Shown here: one piece after another, positions 57,898 through 64,000 of the stretch
Numbering within the stretch: the stretch's first letter is position 1
How the letters are laid out: each line of letters begins with the position of its first letter
Source: Desulfobacterales bacterium
Lineage (GTDB): Bacteria; Desulfobacterota; Desulfobacteria; Desulfobacterales; UBA5616
Length of the DNA: 64,000 nucleotides
Reading direction: 5' to 3'
NCBI GenBank assembly: GCA_046483495.1
Contig: JAWODC010000057.1
Coordinates: 1-64,000 of the forward strand
Translations under genes and position numbers: made by a program
The notes under the pieces: generated by a model
Database searches by the model: none
What the model saw: only the letters and a program-made list of their open reading frames with translations
Told to the model about the DNA's origin: nothing

Positions 57898-58209
57898 ATG
57901 GTCGAAGTTACGCAACAGGCTACAGAACAGGTTGCCGAGTATTTTAAAGAAAGAGAAATCTCTCCCATCAGAATTTTTTTGCATGAAGGCGGTTGAGGCG
58001 GACCATCACTTGCAATGGCTCTGGACGAGCCAAAAAGCACGGATGAGCGTTTCGAAATCGATGGTTTTGAATATATTATTGACAAAGAGCTCATGGAAAA
58101 AGCCAAACCCATCAAAATCGATTTTCAGGGGATGGGTTTCAAGCTCGACTGCGGGCTCGATTTCAGCGCGTCTCCAGGCTGTGCCGGGTGCGGTTCCTCT
58201 TGCGGATAG
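57898..58209 (+). CDS. HesB/IscA-like selenoprotein, 103 aa
   Basis: AGGAGG RBS, then MVEVTQQA...IRIFLHEGG-TGA-GGPSLAMALDEP..., the known GGUGGP..ALDE signature. C-terminal CAGCGSSC. Confidence 0.9.
58016..58032 (+). promoter_or_regulatory. SECIS-like hairpin
   Basis: TGGCTC-TGGAC-GAGCCA, 19 nt after TGA 57994-57996. Confidence 0.6.
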
Positions 58210-58234
58210 AAAAACAGCCGAACATGATCGTTAA

Positions 58235-58268
58235 GGGCAACACCGCCGCAAGTGGGTTGCCTTTTTTT
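58235..58268 (+). terminator. Intrinsic terminator after the HesB-like gene
   Basis: GGCAAC...GTTGCC followed by a T7 tract. Confidence 0.6.
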
Positions 58269-58332
58269 CATCGAATCTTTTAAAGATGGCGAAAATTACA
58301 TCAGGTTATGCGATCAGCTAAGGAGGTTTGAA

Positions 58333-58875
58333 ATGACGGATTTTATGGAAGTTGTCAAAGGAAGAAGAAGTATTCGGGTCTACCAGGAAAAGGTTGTGCC
58401 CGAGGCGGCGTTGAACCAAATCCTGGAATCGGTCAAGTGGTCTCCTTCCTGGGCCAATACCCAATGCTGGGAAATCGTTGCCGTTAAAGACGGCGCCCTT
58501 AAAGAGAAGCTCAAAGAAACCATCGCTCCGAAAAATCCGGCCACCAATGCGATTACCGACGCACCCGTAGTGCTCGCTGTTTGTGGAAAATTAAACAGCT
58601 CCGGATTTTATAAGGACCAGGTTACGACCAAATTCGGGGACTGGTTTATGTTCGATCTTGGAATCGCCACGCAAAGCATTTGCTTGACAGCCCATCAGTT
58701 GGGCTTAGGTACGGTAATCGTCGGGCTGTTCGATCAAGACAAGGCCAAAGCGGCTCTTAATGTACCGCAGGGATACGAGTTGGTGGTGCTGATCCCCCTT
58801 GGATATCCGGCAAAAGATTCACCGGCCCCCAAGAGAAGGGAAATCAGCGAGTTTTTGCATGAAAATTCGTTTTGA
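58333..58875 (+). CDS. Nitroreductase family protein
   Basis: RRSIR, SPSWANTQCW, GLGT and LIPLGYP. AGGAGG RBS before ATG 58333. Confidence 0.9.
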   Translation: MTDFMEVVKGRRSIRVYQEKVVPEAALNQILESVKWSPSWANTQCWEIVAVKDGALKEKLKETIAPKNPATNAITDAPVVLAVCGKLNSSGFYKDQVTTKFGDWFMFDLGIATQSICLTAHQLGLGTVIVGLFDQDKAKAALNVPQGYELVVLIPLGYPAKDSPAPKRREISEFLHENSF

Positions 58876-59018
58876 GTTTAGGCGGTGGAAGGGCGCATCG
58901 GTTTTTTGCCGGTCTAAACAAAAAATCCTATTACGCCATTCTGGGCGGTTGCGGTATTTTTATGATTGCATTCGGCATTTACCTGGGCGCCCCGCCTTTT
59001 TTGAGAACGGGCCTTTAG
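58876..59018 (+). pseudogene. Start-less 3' gene remnant resembling a LysE-type translocator C-terminus
   Basis: Open frame ..KKSYYAILGGCGIFMIAFGIYLG..TAG with no start or RBS. Confidence 0.35.
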
Positions 59019-59043
59019 TGTCTTTTGCCCATCACGTCTGCAT

Positions 59044-60906
59044 TTAATGCCATTGCTCTTCCATGCGATTCCACCGATCGCTGAACCCAGCCGTCTGTTC
59101 CTCCAATGTTCGAGTCAGGTGGTCAAGCCGGTCATATAGACCATCGATACGGGATTGGCACACGTAAATGGATTTCGAAATGTTCGCGATGCCGGCGCTG
59201 TCCATGTTCTCTGAAGCCGTTTGCATTTCGCGTGTGAGCTTCCCCAGTTTTTTTTCCTCCTCTTGGATGTCGTGTTCGGTTGTTGCTACTTTCTCTTTCA
59301 GCGGATTCAGCACCCCGGCACGTTCGGTGATGAATTCGGAGCGTATTCGCTTCATTTCTTTTTTTGTCGGTTTTGTCCCACGATCCTGCTTTTCGCCGGC
59401 CGACCATTCACGTTCGATGTTCTCGTCATCCCAACCGTATCGATCCAGAAAATCCTGGTAGCTTCCTTCAAACACCTCGATTCGGTCATTTAGGAAAATG
59501 ACCAGCCTCTCGGCTAAAGCATGCAGGAACAATTCATTATGGGTGACCATAAGAACGGTTCCTTCAAAATTATCGACAGCCGCCAGCATGGCATCTGTCG
59601 ATTCCATATCCAGGTGGTTCGTGGGTTCGTCGAGCAGCAGCAGGTTGACCGGTGTCACCAACAATTTCCCAAGCATAACGCGGCTTTTTTCTCCTCCGGA
59701 AAGAACCTGGATTTTCTTCAGGCCGTCATCGTCTTCAAAGAGCATGGCGCCGGCGATATTGCGGGCGGTCTGTGGGTCCACTTGCGGGTGGGTATATAAT
59801 ATTTCTTCAACAACACTGCGATTATCCACGAGCCCCTCCACCTGATGCTGTTCAAAAAATCCCCTTTCAACGGCCGGATGGTAGGAAATGGTTCCCTCCC
59901 AGGGCGGGAGCATCCCGGCAAGCAGTTTCAACAGGGTGGTCTTGCCCTTTCCATTCCTGCCGACAATGCAAATGCGGTCCCCCGCCCTCACGGGAAGATC
60001 GAGTTTTTCGATCAATGGTTTTTTCGGTTCGTACCCGAAGGTCAACCCCTCGATGCTGCAAACAAATTTGCCTGAAAACGGTTTGCTGCGGAAAGAGAAA
60101 TCAAGGTCCTTTATTTTTTCAAGCTTTTCCCGCTTTTCTTTTTTGGCGAGTGTTTTTACTCGCGATTGAACCATATTGGCGAGCCGAGCCTTGGCCCGAA
60201 AGCGGTTGATAAACTGCTCGATTTCTTTTTGCCGCTTTTCATCATTGACCCTGGTCTTTTCGTATATTTCCTCCTCTTGAGCGATTCGGCCGTAATATTT
60301 GCCGGTATCTCCCTGAATCTTTCTGATCTTTTTACGATGAATGCCCAGGATATGAGTTGCCACCCTGTCCATAAATCCGCGGTCGTGGGTGATGAGCATT
60401 ACCTCACGAGGCCAATTGGACAAAAAACGCTCCACCCACCTGATGGATGTAATATCCAAAAAGTTGGTCGGCTCATCGAGGAGTAAGAGGTCCGGTTCGG
60501 AAACCAGGATTTTGGCCAAATTGAGTCGAACCTGGTAACCGCCGGAAAACGCCAGTGGATCTTTTTCCAGGTCCTGCTCTGAAAACCCCAACCCGAAGAG
60601 AATCTTTTCCGCTGTCCAATGGTTGTTTTTTTGGTTTGCGGGAAGCCCGGTCATGCATTCTTCCAGGACCGTGTTTTGTGAAAACCGGATGTCCTGGGTA
60701 ACATACCCTAACCGGTACCGGCGCGGAATAACGATGGAACCGGTATCGGCGGACTCTTCCTGAACCAGCATTCTAAACAGGGTCGTTTTACCGTGCCCGT
60801 TGCGCCCGACCAAGCCGATGCGCTCCCCGGGATTGATCTGAAAATTGACATTATCAAAAAGCGTGTGGGGGCCGAACGCTTTGCCGACATTTTCGAAACG
60901 TATCAT
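59044..60906 (-). CDS. ABC-F family ATP-binding protein
   Basis: Two ABC cassettes (GRNGHGKT/FSGG/LDEPTN and GRNGKGKT/LSGGE/LDEPTNHLD), no TM segments, coiled-coil tail. Confidence 0.92.
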   Translation of the reverse strand: MIRFENVGKAFGPHTLFDNVNFQINPGERIGLVGRNGHGKTTLFRMLVQEESADTGSIVIPRRYRLGYVTQDIRFSQNTVLEECMTGLPANQKNNHWTAEKILFGLGFSEQDLEKDPLAFSGGYQVRLNLAKILVSEPDLLLLDEPTNFLDITSIRWVERFLSNWPREVMLITHDRGFMDRVATHILGIHRKKIRKIQGDTGKYYGRIAQEEEIYEKTRVNDEKRQKEIEQFINRFRAKARLANMVQSRVKTLAKKEKREKLEKIKDLDFSFRSKPFSGKFVCSIEGLTFGYEPKKPLIEKLDLPVRAGDRICIVGRNGKGKTTLLKLLAGMLPPWEGTISYHPAVERGFFEQHQVEGLVDNRSVVEEILYTHPQVDPQTARNIAGAMLFEDDDGLKKIQVLSGGEKSRVMLGKLLVTPVNLLLLDEPTNHLDMESTDAMLAAVDNFEGTVLMVTHNELFLHALAERLVIFLNDRIEVFEGSYQDFLDRYGWDDENIEREWSAGEKQDRGTKPTKKEMKRIRSEFITERAGVLNPLKEKVATTEHDIQEEEKKLGKLTREMQTASENMDSAGIANISKSIYVCQSRIDGLYDRLDHLTRTLEEQTAGFSDRWNRMEEQWH

Positions 60907-61059
60907 AGTGACTCTCTTTTTGCCTTGATTCAATATTCTCTTTTCCCATGGAGGTCAACAGGGAACCGATCATGGAGGGGTGTGGTGAAGCGGTATCGAT
61001 GGTGATGGTGGGACCGGTTGGAATCCTGCTCGATACATCAGGTGCCCGGCTGCATGCAC

Positions 61060-61749
61060 CTAACGAATCAAGCAGGTGCCGACACGGGATTCTGCGATGC
61101 ACTTTAAGTGAGAAAGTTCTGAATCGCCGAAGGAATGATTCGTGCCGCTGAAAAACTCAGGCAGAAGCACATCCCCATTGACAAACCGTTGAAGCACATA
61201 CAGGTCGGCCCCCTGGATCAGGTATGTAATCCTGTCCATAATAGCATCATCGACAAAAGGCCTGACACAAGTCGTTCTGAATTCATAGGGAACCCTTGCC
61301 TGCATAATGATGCTGATGCTTTCCCGAATGCTTTCCGGTGGGCAATGCGAGGCGATTGTGGGATTGTATAAATCGGGAGCGGTTTTTATGTCCATGGCGA
61401 TATAGTCAACGAGTTTATTCCGAATAAGCCGGGTAATCGCCTTCGGCCTGCTGCCGTTCGTATCCAGCTTCACCGGGTATCCCATGGACTTGACGTGTTC
61501 ACAGAAATCGGAAAGATCCCCCTGCAGCGTCGGCTCCCCTCCGGAGATGACCACACCGTCCAGCCATCCTTTCCTCTGCCGCAAAAAGTCAAGCACGGCG
61601 TCTCCGGAGACCCGGTTTCCGCATCCACTGACCAATTCGGGATTATGGCAGTAAGGGCAATGAAAGTTGCATCCGGAGGCAAACACGACGCAACTGATCT
61701 TTCCTGGAAAATCAATGAAAGAATTTTTTTGAATACCGCCGAAGCGCAC
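61060..61749 (-). CDS. nrdG: Anaerobic ribonucleotide reductase activating enzyme
   Basis: GCNFHCPYCHN, SGGEPT and KLDTNG; directly downstream of nrdD. Confidence 0.92.
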   Translation of the reverse strand: MRFGGIQKNSFIDFPGKISCVVFASGCNFHCPYCHNPELVSGCGNRVSGDAVLDFLRQRKGWLDGVVISGGEPTLQGDLSDFCEHVKSMGYPVKLDTNGSRPKAITRLIRNKLVDYIAMDIKTAPDLYNPTIASHCPPESIRESISIIMQARVPYEFRTTCVRPFVDDAIMDRITYLIQGADLYVLQRFVNGDVLLPEFFSGTNHSFGDSELSHLKCIAESRVGTCLIR

Positions 61750-61795
61750 CGCTTTTCTCTTGAAGGTTTTCTTATTTTTAACTCAAACAAGCCGG

Positions 61796-63913
61796 CTAAG
61801 CCGCCTTGAAGGTTTTCCGTTTGCTGAATTCGGCGCGTTTGCCGTTGTTCCATTGTTTTATAGGCCGCAGGTAACCGACCACCCTGGAATAAATTTCGGT
61901 CGGAGCGTTACAGGTAGGGCACACGTCGACCCGGCCCTTCAGATACCCGTGGGACGGGCATACGGAAAACGTCGGTGTCAATGTAAAATAGGGAAGCTTG
62001 TAATTCGTGGCGATCTTTCGAATCAGGCGCTTCACCGTTTCCACGTCCTCCACCATTTCTCCTAAAAAAACATGCATTACAGTGCCGCCGGTGTATTTGG
62101 ATTGAAGATCATCCTGAAGAGAAAGCGTTTTGAAAATATCATCCGAGTAGTCGACGGGCAGCTGGGTCGAATTGGTGTAATACGGATCGGCGCCTTTTCG
62201 ATAGTCCGATTCATTCGCACAAATACAATCGGGATAGATGGATTTGTCCAACAGAGACAACCGGTAGGAGGTCCCCTCGGCCGGTGTTGCTTCAAGGTTG
62301 AACAGGTCCCCTGTTTTCTCCTGGACCTCCGAGAGAACATCACGAATATGATCCATTACCTGTAATGAAAAATTCTGTCCCGCTTTCGAGCCGATATCCT
62401 CTCCGATAAAATTCATACAGGCCTCATTCATGCCGATAAGGCCGATGGTTGAAAAATGGTTTTTCCAATAGCGATCGTTGCTTTCCTTGATCGCTCTCAG
62501 GTAAAAACGGGTATAGGGGTAGAGGTTGCCTTCGCTGTATTTTTCAAGACTTTTTCGTTTGATGGACAGACTTTCTATCGCCAAAGCGAGATTATCATTG
62601 AGACGCTTGAAAAAATCGTCTTCGGATTCCGCCAAATACCCGATGCGAGGCAGATTGAGGGTAACCACCCCGATTGAACCGGTCAGTGGATTGGCGCCGA
62701 AGAGACCGCCGCCCCGTTTCAGCAACTCCCGGTTGTCCAACCGCAGCCTGCAGCACATTGATCGGGCATCTTCAGGTGACATATCGGAATTGACGAAATT
62801 CGAAAAATAGGGAATGCCGTACTTGCCGGTCATCTTCCAAACCGGTTCGAGATTGGGATTGTCCCAGTCAAAGTCATGGGTAATGTTATAAGTAGGAATA
62901 GGAAATGTAAAAACGCGGCCCCTGGCGTCTCCCTCCATCATCACTTCGGCAAACGTTCTGTTGAGCAGATCCATTTCCGGCTGAAACTGAGCATACGTTT
63001 CATCCATTTCGCACCCCCCGATAATGACCGGTTGGTGCTTCAATATCTCCGGAACATAAAGATCCATGGTGATGTTCGTAAAGGGCGTCTGAAATCCGAC
63101 ACGAGTGGGAATGTTGATGTTGAATATGAATTCCTGAAGGGCCTGTTTCACATCCGAATAGGTCAATGCGTCCTTTCGGATAAACGGCGCCAACAAGGTG
63201 TCAAAATTCGAAATCGCCTGCGCACCTGCAGCTTCCCCTTGCAGCGTATAAAAAAAGTTTACGATTTGGCCCAGCGCGGACCGAAGATGTTTCGGCGGAG
63301 CGCTTTCGACTTTCCCTTCCACACCCCTGAATCCTTGTTTTAACAAATCCTGAAGATCCCAGCCCACACAATATACCGACAGCAGGCTCAAGTCATGGAT
63401 GTGAATGTCACCGGCTTTATGCGCCCGCCTAACCTCCGGGGGATAGATTTTACTGAGCCAATACTCCGATGTCACATCGGAAGAAATATAGTTGTTCAAC
63501 CCCTGCAGAGAATAGCACATGTTGCTGTTCTCGTTTATTTTCCAATCCTGCCTGGTGATGTAATGGTCCACCAGATCGATATGGGCCTTGGTAGTGATTC
63601 GGCGGATCTGAGCGTGCTGTTCCCGATAAATGATATAGGCCTTGGCGGTATTGTAATAGGGAGAATCGATCAGCACCCGTTCGACGATATCCTGGATTTC
63701 CTCCACTTCCGGAATGGGTCCAAGCCTGAGTTCATGCGCCAATGTCAGAACACGAAGCGTCAGTTTCTTTGCTTCCCGGATGTCGAATTCGCCGGTCGCT
63801 TTACCCGCCTTCGTAATGGCGGCCGTTATTTTGGAGGAATCGAATTCCACGATTCTTCCATTTCTTTTTCTGATTTGCTCGAATGCCTGCTGCACTTCCA
63901 CCGTGTTGAACAT
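61796..63913 (-). CDS. nrdD: Class III ribonucleoside-triphosphate reductase with ATP cone
   Basis: IRKRNG ATP cone, SMCCRL, EATPAE, YTGG and C-terminal YSRVVGYL glycyl-radical motif. Start is 63913 or 63922. Confidence 0.95.
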   Translation of the reverse strand: MFNTVEVQQAFEQIRKRNGRIVEFDSSKITAAITKAGKATGEFDIREAKKLTLRVLTLAHELRLGPIPEVEEIQDIVERVLIDSPYYNTAKAYIIYREQHAQIRRITTKAHIDLVDHYITRQDWKINENSNMCYSLQGLNNYISSDVTSEYWLSKIYPPEVRRAHKAGDIHIHDLSLLSVYCVGWDLQDLLKQGFRGVEGKVESAPPKHLRSALGQIVNFFYTLQGEAAGAQAISNFDTLLAPFIRKDALTYSDVKQALQEFIFNINIPTRVGFQTPFTNITMDLYVPEILKHQPVIIGGCEMDETYAQFQPEMDLLNRTFAEVMMEGDARGRVFTFPIPTYNITHDFDWDNPNLEPVWKMTGKYGIPYFSNFVNSDMSPEDARSMCCRLRLDNRELLKRGGGLFGANPLTGSIGVVTLNLPRIGYLAESEDDFFKRLNDNLALAIESLSIKRKSLEKYSEGNLYPYTRFYLRAIKESNDRYWKNHFSTIGLIGMNEACMNFIGEDIGSKAGQNFSLQVMDHIRDVLSEVQEKTGDLFNLEATPAEGTSYRLSLLDKSIYPDCICANESDYRKGADPYYTNSTQLPVDYSDDIFKTLSLQDDLQSKYTGGTVMHVFLGEMVEDVETVKRLIRKIATNYKLPYFTLTPTFSVCPSHGYLKGRVDVCPTCNAPTEIYSRVVGYLRPIKQWNNGKRAEFSKRKTFKAA

Positions 63914-64000
63914 GTGAGACAATCCTTTCCTTCGTTTATCCGCTCAAATATAATAACGATGCCAGTATCGTTGAATCAGTGGTCTACCGGTTGAACCCGG

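Noticed and set aside
63960..64000. Possible 3' end of a cobalamin riboswitch upstream of nrdD (minus strand AACCGGTAGACC)
   Set aside because: The resemblance is weak and the sequence is cut by the window edge. It needs the adjacent sequence and an Rfam scan.

Overview
This is a gene-dense bacterial window. Its content (sigma-54 activator, NifB/NifX, CGGC and NifU-type proteins, class III RNR, tandem MoeA, in-frame UGA codons) suggests an anaerobic Desulfobacterota-like organism (inference). From left to right it holds: a sigma-54-controlled acyl-CoA catabolic operon (CoA ligase, acyl-CoA dehydrogenase, two carboxyltransferases, a truncated biotin carrier); transporters and a dispersed Fe-S/redox accessory region; a class III CoA-transferase pair; and housekeeping genes (hrpA, dnaJ, cdaA-ybbR, DEAD-box helicase, moeA x2, archease-rtcB, uppP, pgm, ABC-F, nrdDG). 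The signals the ORF track misses are more interesting. (1) Three probable selenoprotein genes are broken at in-frame TGA, each followed by a SECIS-like hairpin with a GGA-containing loop: a HesB/IscA-like protein, a UxxC thioredoxin-like protein, and a 49-aa membrane microprotein with its own promoter and terminator. (2) A family of ~143-bp long-hairpin repeats (7 full or partial copies) includes a divergent copy that keeps the loop motifs but has largely replaced its stems while keeping them paired; copies bracket two genes. (3) The two carboxyltransferase paralogs show complementary loss of active-site motifs. (4) There is one orphan promoter-terminator unit, a candidate sRNA. No rRNA, tRNA, CRISPR array or intact transposase was seen. 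All calls come from reading the sequence; no searches were run.
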